From positions 28,947 through 92,946 of the forward strand of contig CAZBFM010000002.1 in assembly GCA_964491455.1 (NCBI GenBank): a stretch of DNA of 64,000 nucleotides. Direction: 5' to 3'. Below the pieces are notes generated by a model. The model had not been told where the DNA came from. It searched no databases and saw nothing but the letters and a program-made list of their open reading frames with translations. Positions 9,601 to 20,409 of this stretch are shown here, piece by piece (position 1 is the first letter of the stretch; each line of letters starts with the position of its first letter). A program made the position numbers and the translations under genes. This DNA is from an uncultured Candidatus Saccharibacteria bacterium (GTDB taxonomy: Bacteria; Patescibacteriota; Minisyncoccia; 2-02-FULL-40-12; GWA2-44-9).

Positions 9601-10870
9601 GCTGCGCGCGGTGATGTCCGCGAGGACGCGTGGTCTGTGCAAGACCCTCGCGGATGCAACGCTCGATCTGCTCGATCGAAAGACTCGTTCGCTTCACCGT
9701 TCTGGTTTTGACCGTTGAGTTGAAGATGGCAATTATCTTGCCATATTTCTCGAACAGAAACCATTCCGGCACCTCAGGCAACGTACCCGGCTCGTACAGA
9801 CGCCAGGGCGGCAGACGACGCCCACCGAGATTCGCGCTCTCAGCATCACGCAAACGAGCGCCGATCGGGCGCAGGTCTCGACGATGATCGCTGAAGATCT
9901 GCACGTGCCCGCTGGAGCGCACCTGCACGATCAGCGCGAGCTGCGGATCCGACGCACGTGCAGCCCGGTTCATCTGCTCATTGTCGGAGCGGATGACTGC
10001 CACCTTCACGGGGCAGTCGGCCAGCATGTGCGACTTGGATGCGAAGTCGTCGATGGCAGCCATGAACTGCTGCTGGACGAAGACCTTTGCGTTGAGAACG
10101 ACGCGAGCATTTTCGACGATCGCCTCCATCATGAAGCCAGCCATTTGCATGGCGTAGACGACGCCAGCAAACGAGAACGGATCCTCCGCGTCCATCTGCA
10201 CATCCAAGTACTTCTGGATGTGTGCGAGCTCTCCCGTCATCTCTTCGGTCAGCTGCGCCTTCACTGTCGGCGCGTCCATGAAGTCCTGGAACGAGAAAGA
10301 CGGATCGGTGTCGATCGCCTCCATGCTGAATCGCTCAAGGAACCAGCATATCGCGATCTGCTTGACCGACATCAGCTCACTGGTCTTCTCGTAGCGATTC
10401 ATGAAGACGTCGTAGAGCGAATTGAGCCACCGATCGACGATGCGCCTGACCTGCTCCAAAGGGACGCCCGCGGAGTGCATGTCCTTGATCAGCCGCGCCA
10501 TCGCGAAGGGACCATCGGTGGCCTTGTCGTCTGCCTTTACGGCGTACGCCAAAATAGGCTTCAGGCCGGCGTTGTCCGTGAGACCAAGGAACTCGGCAGT
10601 CAACGATGCGGCAGACTTGCCGTCTCCCTTGCCGTGCTCGTCGAATCGGCCACCCAGAGCGCCGATAACGACGAAGCCCTTCTTGAGCCAATCATCACCG
10701 GTCTCGCCAGGCTTGAGCGAGAGACCAGCATCGATGGTCTGAATCGGCGACCGAGAGAGACCTGGATAGACCTGCTTGCCGAAGCGGCTCAATAGCCACA
10801 ACGCAAACAACTCGTCCAGGTCCGGCCTGTGATGCGTCACAGCACGATACGACGTAACCTTCTTTTCCAT
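9596..10870 (-). CDS. MYG1/UPF0160-like metal-dependent hydrolase (tentative).
   Basis: N-terminal THHRPDLDELFALWLL resembles the MYG1 THxGxFHxDEAL motif. GALGGRFDEHG resembles the GGxYDxxxxRxDHH motif. A C-terminal LPPWR segment resembles MYG1 LPEPWRG. Confidence 0.35.
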   Translation of the reverse strand: MEKKVTSYRAVTHHRPDLDELFALWLLSRFGKQVYPGLSRSPIQTIDAGLSLKPGETGDDWLKKGFVVIGALGGRFDEHGKGDGKSAASLTAEFLGLTDNAGLKPILAYAVKADDKATDGPFAMARLIKDMHSAGVPLEQVRRIVDRWLNSLYDVFMNRYEKTSELMSVKQIAICWFLERFSMEAIDTDPSFSFQDFMDAPTVKAQLTEEMTGELAHIQKYLDVQMDAEDPFSFAGVVYAMQMAGFMMEAIVENARVVLNAKVFVQQQFMAAIDDFASKSHMLADCPVKVAVIRSDNEQMNRAARASDPQLALIVQVRSSGHVQIFSDHRRDLRPIGARLRDAESANLGGRRLPPWRLYEPGTLPEVPEWFLFEKYGKIIAIFNSTVKTRTVKRTSLSIEQIERCIREGLAQTTRPRGHHRAQR

Positions 10871-10977
10871 ACTGTCTCCTTGCTCCTCGCATGTGGGGAG
10901 CGTTGTGAAAGAACGTGGATCCTATACCCACGCTGAGTATCTATTATAGCAGAAAATAGCTATAAAGTCAATAGACC

Positions 10978-11688
10978 TTACTTCGTCGCGAACTTGATGA
11001 TGAACGCCGTCGCCACAAATAATCCGGCCGCAAACATCGCGAGCGCGACATATTGCCAAATGATCGGTCGATCGCGTTGCACGAGGAGAAATTCACGCTG
11101 CACATCCGCGAATGCCTTTTCGACATCGGACTCTGATTTGGTGGGGTACTGCGCATATGCGTGATCGCTGGCGTTCATTTTGTTGGCGACCGCACGCTTG
11201 AGATAGGCTTGATTGAAAAACCGTATGACATCCGCATGCGAAATGATTCCCACGAGCTTTTTTTGCTCATCGACCACGCAGATGGTGCTAGTGCGTGGAT
11301 AATCGGCAAAGACGTTGCTTGCCTCTTCGAGCGATGCGGTGTGCGGCAAGCTGATAGGATTGAGATCCATGATGCTCGTTGCTTTGATGTTCCGTAATTT
11401 TCCAAAGTGCGCATCGAGAGCGCGCTGGTCACCCTTCCCTTTGGTAATTTGTTCGATGAGACGAAGCATTGTTGGCAGGTGCACCTCTGACGACTGCAGT
11501 ACCATGTCATGCTTAGTGATGATGCCCTTGAGTGCGTGCTGACTATCAATGACGGGCATGCCCTCGTAGTCGTACTTCTCAAAGAGTCCAGCGATCACAT
11601 CGAGCGTATCATTGACGTCAATAGCGATGACGTCGCGCGTCATCACATCACGAAGGGTCATTACGGGGGCAGAACGCTCTTCATTCAT
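10978..11688 (-). CDS. Tandem CBS-domain protein with a C-terminal transmembrane anchor.
   Basis: Two CBS repeats (MTRDVIAIDVNDTL...GMPVID and TSIMDLNPISL...ICVVDEQKKLVGIIS) and a hydrophobic C-terminal helix. Confidence 0.7.
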   Translation of the reverse strand: MNEERSAPVMTLRDVMTRDVIAIDVNDTLDVIAGLFEKYDYEGMPVIDSQHALKGIITKHDMVLQSSEVHLPTMLRLIEQITKGKGDQRALDAHFGKLRNIKATSIMDLNPISLPHTASLEEASNVFADYPRTSTICVVDEQKKLVGIISHADVIRFFNQAYLKRAVANKMNASDHAYAQYPTKSESDVEKAFADVQREFLLVQRDRPIIWQYVALAMFAAGLFVATAFIIKFATK

Positions 11689-11756
11689 ACGCCCAGTATA
11701 GCACAGGACCCCTCATGAAGAGGGGTCCTGTGTGGACGCATACAGTGTAGTATCGT

Positions 11757-13787
11757 CTAGAGAAATGGGGCGATCAAGAGCGCTACGATGTTGGCGACTT
11801 TGATCATCGGATTGATCGCGGGACCAGCGGTATCCTTGTACGGATCGCCCACCGTATCACCGGTGACTGCCGCCTTGTGCGCGTCACTCCCCTTGCCTCC
11901 ATGCGCACCTTCTTCGATGTATTTCTTTGCATTGTCCCACGCGCCACCACCGGACGTCATAGAGATTGCAACAAACAGTCCTGACACGATCGTTCCCATG
12001 AGAAGCCCTCCGAGTGCCTCTGGCCCAAGTGCGAATCCAACGATAATCGGAACAAACACTGGGATCAATGCAGGGACCACCATCTCACCGAGCGCAACAC
12101 GCGTCACAATATCAACTGCTGCTCCGTAGTCGGGCTTCGCGGTATGCTCCATGATTCCTTTGATTTCACGGAACTGTCGACGAACCTCATCAACAACGGC
12201 AGATCCCGCGTGACTGACCGCCTGCAACGCCATCGAACCAAACAGGTATGGCATCATGCCACCAATAAGCAACCCTACAATGACGCGAACATCGGATAGA
12301 TCAAATCGCGCATGATTGCCAGCAGCGAGAAGCTCTTGCGTGTATGCGGCAAATAAGACGAGTGCCGCCAAGCCAGCCGATGCGATCGCATATCCTTTGG
12401 TAACCGCCTTGGTGGTGTTACCCACCGCATCGAGCGCATCGGTGATCGTGCGCACATCCTCAGGGAGATGCGCCATCTGTGCGATACCTCCTGCGTTATC
12501 GGTGATCGGACCGAATGCATCAATAGCCAAAACGATACCTGCCAATGAAAGCATACTCAATGTCGCAAGCGCGATTCCGTAAAGTCCTGCGATCGTGTAC
12601 GCACCGAGCATCGCCGCTCCAATAACCACCAACGGGAGCGCAGTCGCCTGCATGCCCATAGCGATCCCCATGATGACATTCGTACCGTGACCGGTTGTGG
12701 ATGCCTGTGCGATTAAACGAACCGGGGAAAAACTCTTCGACGTGTAATACTCCGTGATCACCACCATCAATATGGTGACGGCAAGACCAATCATCAGTGT
12801 CCACACGAGACTCATCGAGCTGACACCCATCCACATCAAATCGCCCAATGACGTCGCCGACCACATGTAGGTCACCGCGCCGTACATGCCCGCCCCAGCA
12901 AGAACCGTGGTGACGCCAAGTCCCTGGTAGAGTGATCCCATGATACTACCTCGCAGTCGTACGATGAGTGAACCGATCATTGACGCCCACACACCGACTG
13001 AACCGATGACCAACGCGAGCTCAGCAGCTCCAACATTGCCCTCAAAAAGAAGTCCCGCAAGAAGCATCACCGAGACCACTGCGACGATATACGTTTCAAA
13101 TACATCAGCCGCGGTACCCGCCTGATCGCTGACGTTATCACCTACCAAGTCTGCTATGACTGCAGGATTGCGAGGATCATCCTCCGGAATGCCGGCTTCT
13201 ACCTTACCAACAAGATCAGCACCGACATCGGCACCCTTGGTGAAGATTCCACCACCGAGACGAGCGAATACAGAGATAAGTGAGCCACCAAAACTCAAGC
13301 CAATGAGCGACTTAATGTCTCCGGTGAGCACATACAAGAGCGTCAGCGAGAGCAGAGCGAGTCCTAGAACGAGAAAACCCGTCACTGCGCCACCCTTGTA
13401 TCCCATACTGAATGCTTCCGCCATTCCTACTCGAGCACTCTCGGCTACGCGCACATTTGCACGAACAGCTACCATCATACCGGCGTAGCCAGCGACAGCA
13501 GAACCGATGGCACCAATGACAAATCCGAGGGCAGCGTGCCAACCGACGATGACGTACAGAATAACTCCAACCACCACACCAACGACGAACACTGTGCGAT
13601 TCTGTCGACGCAAAAATGCCGATGCTCCCTCCAGAATTGCGGCGGCAATTTCTTGCATCTCCGCATTTCCCGACGAGCTCCGCAGAACTTGCCAGGCAAG
13701 GAAACCACTAAACGCCAACGCCACGACAGCTGACACGAGTGAAAATAGAACAATCTCCATAGCAGTGCGATAAATTAATACCTGCAA
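11757..13787 (-). CDS. hppA: Membrane-bound proton-translocating pyrophosphatase, K+-independent type.
   Basis: [29 protein letters not shown]-like and [14 protein letters not shown] motifs. The GNTTKA segment (Lys rather than Ala) is the signature of K+-independent H+-PPases. 676 aa and multi-TM. Confidence 0.9.
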   Translation of the reverse strand: MQVLIYRTAMEIVLFSLVSAVVALAFSGFLAWQVLRSSSGNAEMQEIAAAILEGASAFLRRQNRTVFVVGVVVGVILYVIVGWHAALGFVIGAIGSAVAGYAGMMVAVRANVRVAESARVGMAEAFSMGYKGGAVTGFLVLGLALLSLTLLYVLTGDIKSLIGLSFGGSLISVFARLGGGIFTKGADVGADLVGKVEAGIPEDDPRNPAVIADLVGDNVSDQAGTAADVFETYIVAVVSVMLLAGLLFEGNVGAAELALVIGSVGVWASMIGSLIVRLRGSIMGSLYQGLGVTTVLAGAGMYGAVTYMWSATSLGDLMWMGVSSMSLVWTLMIGLAVTILMVVITEYYTSKSFSPVRLIAQASTTGHGTNVIMGIAMGMQATALPLVVIGAAMLGAYTIAGLYGIALATLSMLSLAGIVLAIDAFGPITDNAGGIAQMAHLPEDVRTITDALDAVGNTTKAVTKGYAIASAGLAALVLFAAYTQELLAAGNHARFDLSDVRVIVGLLIGGMMPYLFGSMALQAVSHAGSAVVDEVRRQFREIKGIMEHTAKPDYGAAVDIVTRVALGEMVVPALIPVFVPIIVGFALGPEALGGLLMGTIVSGLFVAISMTSGGGAWDNAKKYIEEGAHGGKGSDAHKAAVTGDTVGDPYKDTAGPAINPMIKVANIVALLIAPFL

Positions 13788-13892
13788 AATGTACCAGCAT
13801 ACTATAAGGTATTTTCACGACAAGACAAGCTGTGCACCCGCAGATTGACACTACAATATTTTCATAGTATTGTTTTCGCGGAGGAGATCCCT

Positions 13893-14276
13893 ATGAGCAC
13901 AGTGCTGTGGGCCGGCATCAGCGTCGACCCGATGAGAAGCGGAACAGTGGAAGCACACCTCATGAATCATCGTATCGATTGCGCGCTCACGCGAGTGGCA
14001 AGCCGAACACTCTCGTCAGTACTGGGAGATGATGGCTCGGAAATCTATCGATACATGATTGATGATGTCATCATCACCGACTTTCACGATCGTCGCGGCG
14101 AACGCGTCGGCATCGGCATTGAAGCTGGTGATATCGAGGATGCCTACAGCCTCCTCGACGACGCCTACGAGCTGCTCGCAGATGTCCTCGGCATCATCGA
14201 CAAGTTCGATGAAGTTGAAGTATGGATGTGGGATCGCTGCGCAGTTCCCCGCGTGCCACCAAGCATCTGCCCCTAG
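13893..14276 (+). CDS. Hypothetical acidic protein.
   Basis: ORF with a GGAGGAG RBS 7 nt upstream of the ATG at 13893, followed by a clean terminator. No recognisable domain. Confidence 0.4.
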   Translation: MSTVLWAGISVDPMRSGTVEAHLMNHRIDCALTRVASRTLSSVLGDDGSEIYRYMIDDVIITDFHDRRGERVGIGIEAGDIEDAYSLLDDAYELLADVLGIIDKFDEVEVWMWDRCAVPRVPPSICP

Positions 14277-14282
14277 ACCTCA

Positions 14283-14345
14283 ACCGAGAGCTTCAACTCT
14301 CGGTTTTTTTATACAAAAAAACCCGCCACGTGATGTGGCGGGTGG
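14283..14345. terminator. Back-to-back rho-independent terminators serving convergent genes.
   Basis: ccgagag-cttcaa-ctctcgg + TTTTTTT (plus strand). cccgccac-gtga-tgtggcggg, preceded by AAAAAAA, acts on the minus strand. Confidence 0.75.
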
Positions 14346-14349
14346 GCGG

Positions 14350-15018
14350 CTAGCGGCGGAAGAGATACCACTGACGATGAATATCATGCTGATGAACAAA
14401 CTCAGCACCGGTAAGAATTCTCTTTCCTGCAGCACCGATGGTTGCCCAGTGAAAGCATCCCGCAATCGCAAGTGTCTCTGTCGCAATGAGCGTGTCCGTC
14501 AAGCCAAAACCCCGATCTACGAAACCACTCGTACGCTTGATGATAGACTCTTCGACGATCAGCAGATCATGAGGATTCGTCAAACGCAGATCATTGTCGC
14601 GCGCCCAGGGCTCTGCTTCCGCTAGTGGCGTCGTAAGTTTATGATGCGCGACAATGCCTGGCGACCGCTGCACAAAAACGTATATTTGAGGCCTCGGAAG
14701 CTGGAGCGGGATGCACGCCTCCAAAGCACGCGTTGCGCCACGATCGACCCAGAGTCCATCATCGAACGCAGAAAGCTCATCCAGCGAAAAGAGTCGCCGA
14801 GGCGTCACGCTAATTTCCACAATTCGCTCAGCCCACGACGGCTGACTCAATCGCGGCAGCACATTGATCTCGGCGCCCGTCTGAATCGCACGCAGAGCTG
14901 TTTCGAGCTTGTCGCGACCACGCAGGATCTGCTGGCGGGTCAGGCCCATTGCAAGCGCCGTACGCAGCAAACCCAAGAACTGTTGCTCAGTCACTTGATC
15001 GACTTTCTTACTTGGCAC
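14350..15018 (-). CDS. Hypothetical protein.
   Basis: 222-aa ORF with coding-like composition, bounded by a terminator and the rmuC stop. No confident motif. Confidence 0.4.
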   Translation of the reverse strand: MPSKKVDQVTEQQFLGLLRTALAMGLTRQQILRGRDKLETALRAIQTGAEINVLPRLSQPSWAERIVEISVTPRRLFSLDELSAFDDGLWVDRGATRALEACIPLQLPRPQIYVFVQRSPGIVAHHKLTTPLAEAEPWARDNDLRLTNPHDLLIVEESIIKRTSGFVDRGFGLTDTLIATETLAIAGCFHWATIGAAGKRILTGAEFVHQHDIHRQWYLFRR

Positions 15019-15048
15019 AACTGCCTCCTAAAAAGAGAAGAACGAAAA

Positions 15049-16050
15049 TTACTCTAACATCGAATCAGCTTCTTGTCCAGACTCTGCGGCAGTGCTGATC
15101 ACTTTCTGCGTTCGTGAGACAAGATGGCCAAGTTTCTTTTCACTTCGTTCGAATGCGGATTGTGCATCGCCGAGATGATCACCTAATTTGCGAAAATCAG
15201 TCGCAAGAGTATTAGCATCTTTCATGACCACTTCAAGGCGCTTCATGATAGCTCCCGTTTGCTTCTGCAGCTGCACATCCTTGAACCAGTGAATCACCGC
15301 GGTGAGCGTGATGTAGAGTGTATTGGGAGACGTGAGATACACCTTGCGCTTACGGGCGTATTCAGACACATCATCGTCTTTGAGATTTTGGATGACTTCG
15401 TAGTAGATACTTTCTGCTGGCATATACATCAATGCCATATCGACAGTCCCCTCCGATGGGAGCACATATTTTGTTGCAATCTCATCGATGCGCTTTTTGA
15501 TATCGCTCAAAAATTGCTTACGGTACGCAACGCGAGCAGGCTCATCTTGCGCCTCTGACATTTTTTGAAAATTCTCCCAGCTAAACTTTGAATCAATGGG
15601 GAGAAGTAGCTCATTGGGAAGTTTAAGGACTGCATCGACGATTTCACCCGATGCAAATGGATGTTGCTCATCGAATCCACCGTGCGGGAAATACTCGTGC
15701 AATATTGCTCCCAGCGTGAGCTCGCCCCACGTACCACGATGCTTGGGCGAACGAAACATCTCCTGAAACGATGAGACCCCTTTCACCGATTCTTGCACCT
15801 GATGCACCGTCTCGCGAAGTTCCGTCATCCCCCGCGTAAATGACTGCACCTGCGACGCCACCGATGTTGCAGATCGTTCACTTGCTTGTCGACTATGCTC
15901 GAGCTGCTGTGCCATCTGTGATGCCAATGCATCGATTCTCGCGCTCACCAACGCCAAGGGATCCGCCCCTTGAGGAGACGAGCTTCGCCTCGCAATCACG
16001 AGTGCTGCAATCACAATGGACACGGCGAGAATAATGAGGGCGCTATTCAT
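15049..16050 (-). CDS. rmuC: DNA recombination protein RmuC.
   Basis: N-terminal TM helix, long coiled-coil, and the conserved HRGTWGE...PNTLY region typical of the RmuC family. Confidence 0.8.
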   Translation of the reverse strand: MNSALIILAVSIVIAALVIARRSSSPQGADPLALVSARIDALASQMAQQLEHSRQASERSATSVASQVQSFTRGMTELRETVHQVQESVKGVSSFQEMFRSPKHRGTWGELTLGAILHEYFPHGGFDEQHPFASGEIVDAVLKLPNELLLPIDSKFSWENFQKMSEAQDEPARVAYRKQFLSDIKKRIDEIATKYVLPSEGTVDMALMYMPAESIYYEVIQNLKDDDVSEYARKRKVYLTSPNTLYITLTAVIHWFKDVQLQKQTGAIMKRLEVVMKDANTLATDFRKLGDHLGDAQSAFERSEKKLGHLVSRTQKVISTAAESGQEADSMLE

Positions 16051-16137
16051 GTCCTCTAGTGTACTATACGGCGGTCGAGATACAATCGTTCATGCAATAT
16101 TGTACAAACGAAAAGAAATAGCTACTATCGCCTTGCT

Positions 16138-17718
16138 ATGGCAACACCAACAATCCTCAAACTCACGGGACAGACACTCACCACACACGACGTACAGGCG
16201 GTCGTTACCCACCCTCGCCTGCAGGTGCGCGTTGCACCCGCCGCTCTCATTGGAATGCGCAAATCCAAAAAACTTCTCGATGCCACTCTCACCGAGCGCA
16301 TTATCTATGGCGTCAATACAGGTTTTGGTCCAATGGCCTCTCATATTATTGGTCGCGATGACCTCCTACAACTCCAGCTCAATCTTGTGCGCAGCCACTC
16401 CAGTGGCATCGGAGCTCCGATTGATTCCAACCTCGTACTTGCGGCAATGGTCATTCGCCTCAACACACTCTCAAAGGGATTTTCGGGCGCGTCCGATGCC
16501 GTCGCCCATCAACTCGAAAAGTTTATCAACGCCCGCATCACTCCTATCATCCCAGAGCACGGCGCTGTTGGAACAAGTGGCGACCTCGTGCAACTCGCAC
16601 ACATTGCACTTGCCCTCATTGGAGAAGGTGAGGTGCACTACCGCGGCGAACGCATGCCGACCGCAACTGCGCTCGCAAAAGAGAAAATTGCACCACTTAC
16701 GCTCGGACCAAAAGAGGGGCTAGCACTGATCAATGGCACCGCTGGAATGACGGCTGTTGCTGCAATCCTCTGTGAAGCGGCGGCACGCATTGTTGCGCTC
16801 AGCCTCCGCACCGGTGCGTGGTCGCTTGATATCGTGGGTGGATTCGACGACAGTATTAGCGAGCGCATTCATGCGGTACGCCCACACGCCGGCCAACGAG
16901 TCGCCGCTGCTGCCCTTCGAGGTCTCGTCGCCAAAAGTGGCCGCATGAAAAATCGCGAAGCATTCAACAAGAAGCACGCTATTTCCGATGAGGTCCACAA
17001 AATCGCCGAAGATGTTCAGGAGATGTACTCCCTTCGATGCATACCGCAGATTGTTGGGCCCGTGCTTGATGCGTTCTGGAGAGTCCGTAGCGACGTCACC
17101 ACGGAAATGAATTCTGCCACTGACAATCCGATTGTGGACTGGGAGCGTGGCGTCTTTCTCCATGGAGGCAACTTTCATGGTGAATACATCGCCGCTGCAG
17201 TCGACTACCTCAAGACTGGCATGATCAAGCTCACTATGCTCAGCGAGCGGCGCATCAATTACTTCATGAATCCTGCAATCAATCATCGATTGCCTCCATT
17301 TGTGAATCTGCACACTCCTGGACTTACCCTCGCGCTCCAAGGCATGCAATTTGTCGCCACCTCCACAGCAGCACATAGTCAATCGTTGGCATTCCCCCAT
17401 CATATTCACTCCATTCCAACAAATGGGGATAACCAAGATGTTGTGAGCATGGGATTTGATGCAGCCCTCATCGCCACCAAGGCAATTGAAAATGCATATG
17501 CCGTCCTTGCTATTGAGATGGTGACACTCGCTCAAGCCACCGATGCTCTGAAGTGCTCTCGCGAACTATCGCCCGAAAATCAGCAACTCTATCGGGCAAT
17601 TCGCAAGCTCACTCCCCCCGTGATCGAAGATCGCCCACTTGCACCTGATCTTGAGCGCATCGTCGCGTTTCTCAAGTCATCACCAACACTGCCCATCGAC
17701 TCACTCAGGAAGCAATGA
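16138..17718 (+). CDS. Aromatic amino-acid ammonia-lyase/aminomutase family (HAL/PAL/TAL, MIO-dependent) homolog.
   Basis: Family-typical GTSGDLVQLAHIAL with Thr-Ser-Gly at the MIO-forming triad (canonical Ala-Ser-Gly), plus NTGFG and the conserved C-terminal fold. 526 aa. Confidence 0.8.
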   Translation: MATPTILKLTGQTLTTHDVQAVVTHPRLQVRVAPAALIGMRKSKKLLDATLTERIIYGVNTGFGPMASHIIGRDDLLQLQLNLVRSHSSGIGAPIDSNLVLAAMVIRLNTLSKGFSGASDAVAHQLEKFINARITPIIPEHGAVGTSGDLVQLAHIALALIGEGEVHYRGERMPTATALAKEKIAPLTLGPKEGLALINGTAGMTAVAAILCEAAARIVALSLRTGAWSLDIVGGFDDSISERIHAVRPHAGQRVAAAALRGLVAKSGRMKNREAFNKKHAISDEVHKIAEDVQEMYSLRCIPQIVGPVLDAFWRVRSDVTTEMNSATDNPIVDWERGVFLHGGNFHGEYIAAAVDYLKTGMIKLTMLSERRINYFMNPAINHRLPPFVNLHTPGLTLALQGMQFVATSTAAHSQSLAFPHHIHSIPTNGDNQDVVSMGFDAALIATKAIENAYAVLAIEMVTLAQATDALKCSRELSPENQQLYRAIRKLTPPVIEDRPLAPDLERIVAFLKSSPTLPIDSLRKQ

Positions 17719-19199
17719 CACCGCGCGACTTGCAAACGTTTTTTGATGCTCACGCACAACGCAATTGGGTGAAGCATTACTTCTCGTTTGACGTTGCGAC
17801 ATTCGAGCGCCTCCTCCACCACCGCGACGAAACCTTTTGGAATACTCTTGGCGCTCGTAGGGCTCTCAAGTTATTTCACGACGCAGCTGTGCGCGTACCC
17901 GCATATAAGGACTTCCTTCGCACCAATCGCATTCGCCATGCAACAGTAAAAACAATCGCAGACTTTGCGCGCGTGCCCCGCACCACCAAGGAGAATTACA
18001 TCAACCGCTATGCACTCAGCGATCGTTGCTGGGATGGCATACTCTCCGCTACCAGCATCATCGCGATGAGCTCCGGGACGAGTGGCGAGCCAAAATTCTG
18101 GCCCCGAGGTGGCTTCTCTGAATTCGAAGCGGCGATCATTCACGAGCTCACGTATCGTTCACTTTTTTCAATTCACAAAAAGAGAACGCTTCTCGTTATT
18201 GGGTTCCCCATGGGTGTGTATGTATCGGGCATCGCCACACTTCTGCCGAGCTGGATGGTAGCGCAGCGAGACTACGACTTGACGATTGTGGCCGCCGGCA
18301 ACAATAAAGTCGACATGCAACGCATCACGCAACACCTCCGAACTGCATTCGATCAAGTCGTTCTTATTGGCCACCCATTCTTCATTAAAGATGTACTCGA
18401 AACGGGCGCAGCGGAAGGTGTTGATTGGAGCACAATCACCACGTCACTTCTGTTCTGTAGTGAAGGATTTAATGAACAGTGGAGGGATCACGTTGCATCT
18501 GTCGCTGGTAGTACGCCCGACTCGGTTCGCATATTCAACACGTATGGCTCGTCGGAGACACTACTCATTGGTCACGAAACACCAGTAAGTATTGCCCTCC
18601 GTAAAACCATGAACGACACATTAACGCCGAACATATTCCAGTACAATCCATTCTTGCGATACCTCGATGTCACCGATGGCATTCTCAACTTTACTCTCAA
18701 CAGCGGAGTGCCCCTCATTAAGTACGACCTCGCCGATGGCGGGACCATCCTTCCTTTTTCAGAGGCAACACAACATCTTTCACCATCGCTTCGTCGGTCT
18801 GCGTGGAAGCTTCCGTTTGTTACGCTCGATGGTCGGCGTGACAATACAATTATCTTCTATGCGGCCAATATCTATCCAGAACACATTCATGCCGCACTCA
18901 ATGACAAGAAATTTTTGCGCTCCATAACGGGCAAATTTGCGATGCGAAAAGAGTACCTGAAAAATAAGGATGAATTCCTAGAAATACACGTAGAGCTTCG
19001 CCCTCGCCAAAAAGTCACCGCAGCACTCGCCACTGCAATTGCCAAGCACGCCACCTCGCGACTATTAGATATCAATATGGAGTACAAATTTCTTTGGTCG
19101 AACCTCGACAAAGACATCCGCCCGCGCGTCATTTTGCACCCCTACCAATGCGAGCCCTATTTCCGCGCCGGACTAAAACCTCGCTATATCATCAAATGA
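17715..19199 (+). CDS. PaaK-like adenylate-forming enzyme (phenylacetate-CoA ligase / F390 synthetase family).
   Basis: SSGTSGEPKFWPR P-loop-like AMP-binding motif, about 490 aa. Its ATGA start overlaps the lyase stop, indicating translational coupling. Confidence 0.65.
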   Translation: MTPRDLQTFFDAHAQRNWVKHYFSFDVATFERLLHHRDETFWNTLGARRALKLFHDAAVRVPAYKDFLRTNRIRHATVKTIADFARVPRTTKENYINRYALSDRCWDGILSATSIIAMSSGTSGEPKFWPRGGFSEFEAAIIHELTYRSLFSIHKKRTLLVIGFPMGVYVSGIATLLPSWMVAQRDYDLTIVAAGNNKVDMQRITQHLRTAFDQVVLIGHPFFIKDVLETGAAEGVDWSTITTSLLFCSEGFNEQWRDHVASVAGSTPDSVRIFNTYGSSETLLIGHETPVSIALRKTMNDTLTPNIFQYNPFLRYLDVTDGILNFTLNSGVPLIKYDLADGGTILPFSEATQHLSPSLRRSAWKLPFVTLDGRRDNTIIFYAANIYPEHIHAALNDKKFLRSITGKFAMRKEYLKNKDEFLEIHVELRPRQKVTAALATAIAKHATSRLLDINMEYKFLWSNLDKDIRPRVILHPYQCEPYFRAGLKPRYIIK

Positions 19200-20341
19200 C
19201 CCCCGTCGACCACCCAACGCTCTTTACGCCACGCATGCCAGCGCATCAATCTGCACTGAGGAAACTGCGCTCCGATGTATCGGTGCGCGTCATTGATACC
19301 TACGAGCACCAACTCGCTGAACTGTACGTGATCCAAAACCCTGCTGTCATTGGGCTGCCACCAGCAGAGCTTGCAACTCGTATAGCGACATACGTAGCTC
19401 GTACTGCGCGACGAGCCACGCTTGAGCAGCAAGGAACCTGGGCCTGGCTTCCCTGGCAGCGAACACTCGTGCATATTCTTCCTGAACGAGAATTCTTTCT
19501 CGTTCGAACCAATCGCAATGGAAATCTCATCACACCACAAGAACAACAACGGTTCTATCGGTGCGTCGTCGGCGTAGCGGGACTATCCGTTGGCGGTAGC
19601 ATTGCCCTCACCCTCGCACTCCAGGGTGGCGCTCGAACTATTCGAATTGCGGACTTCGATTCACTTGAGCTCTCCAACACCAACCGCATACTAGCGGGAG
19701 TACATGAACTCGCCACGCCAAAAACAACCATTGTAGCTCGTCGCATTTGGGAGATGAATCCGTATGCACGCATCACCATCTTTCAAGATGGCCTCACTGA
19801 AAAGAACATACCGTCATTCATGCGAGGCCTTGATGTTATCGTCGACGAGATGGACCAAATGGCAATCAAACAGCTCATTCGCGAACAAGCACGTGCCAAT
19901 AAAGTCGCGCTCGTATCGACTGCCGATAATGGAGATACGAGCGTCGTGGACGTGGAACGCCACGACCTCAAGCAGACTCCGTACTTCCTGGGTCGACTTG
20001 GAGCGACGTCCGTTAAGCAATTCCACTCGATGAATAAACTTCAAATCATCCGCGAAATCACACGTCTCATGGGCCCTGAAAATGTTCCTCCTCGCATGCA
20101 ATCGTCTCTTTCAGAAATCGGCAACACCCTCGTGTCAGTCCCTCAGCTCGGTGGCACCGCACTCATGGGCGCAGCGGCAACCGCATACTGCGTACATCGC
20201 ATCGCCGCTGGCCTTCCGCTCCCATCTGGTCGCTCCATTATTTCTCTCGATGAGAAGCTCGAGCCCGGGCACCAAGCAAGCGCTGCAAAAAATCGTCGCG
20301 CAAAAAATACTCGCATCTTTGCAAAGAACCTCGGCCTGTAG
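19196..20341 (+). CDS. E1-like (ThiF/MoeB family) adenylyltransferase with an N-terminal extension of about 120 aa.
   Basis: Rossmann motif VVGVAGLSVGGSIALTLALQGG...IRIADFDSLELSNTNRI, which is the E1 signature. ATGA overlap with the upstream ligase. Confidence 0.7.
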   Translation: MTPVDHPTLFTPRMPAHQSALRKLRSDVSVRVIDTYEHQLAELYVIQNPAVIGLPPAELATRIATYVARTARRATLEQQGTWAWLPWQRTLVHILPEREFFLVRTNRNGNLITPQEQQRFYRCVVGVAGLSVGGSIALTLALQGGARTIRIADFDSLELSNTNRILAGVHELATPKTTIVARRIWEMNPYARITIFQDGLTEKNIPSFMRGLDVIVDEMDQMAIKQLIREQARANKVALVSTADNGDTSVVDVERHDLKQTPYFLGRLGATSVKQFHSMNKLQIIREITRLMGPENVPPRMQSSLSEIGNTLVSVPQLGGTALMGAAATAYCVHRIAAGLPLPSGRSIISLDEKLEPGHQASAAKNRRAKNTRIFAKNLGL

Positions 20342-20409
20342 CACGTATCCGCAGATGCCATACTACCGTTTTTTTTGGCACGATTTCGCGGTATACTAAA
20401 AATCATCAC

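Noticed and set aside
9215-9764. Minus-strand ORFs (102, 82 and 152 aa) with the internally repeated peptide [33 protein letters not shown].
   Set aside because: They are translations of the 40-bp tandem repeat in an arbitrary frame. The repeat lies in the copA 3' end/UTR and there is no independent coding signal.
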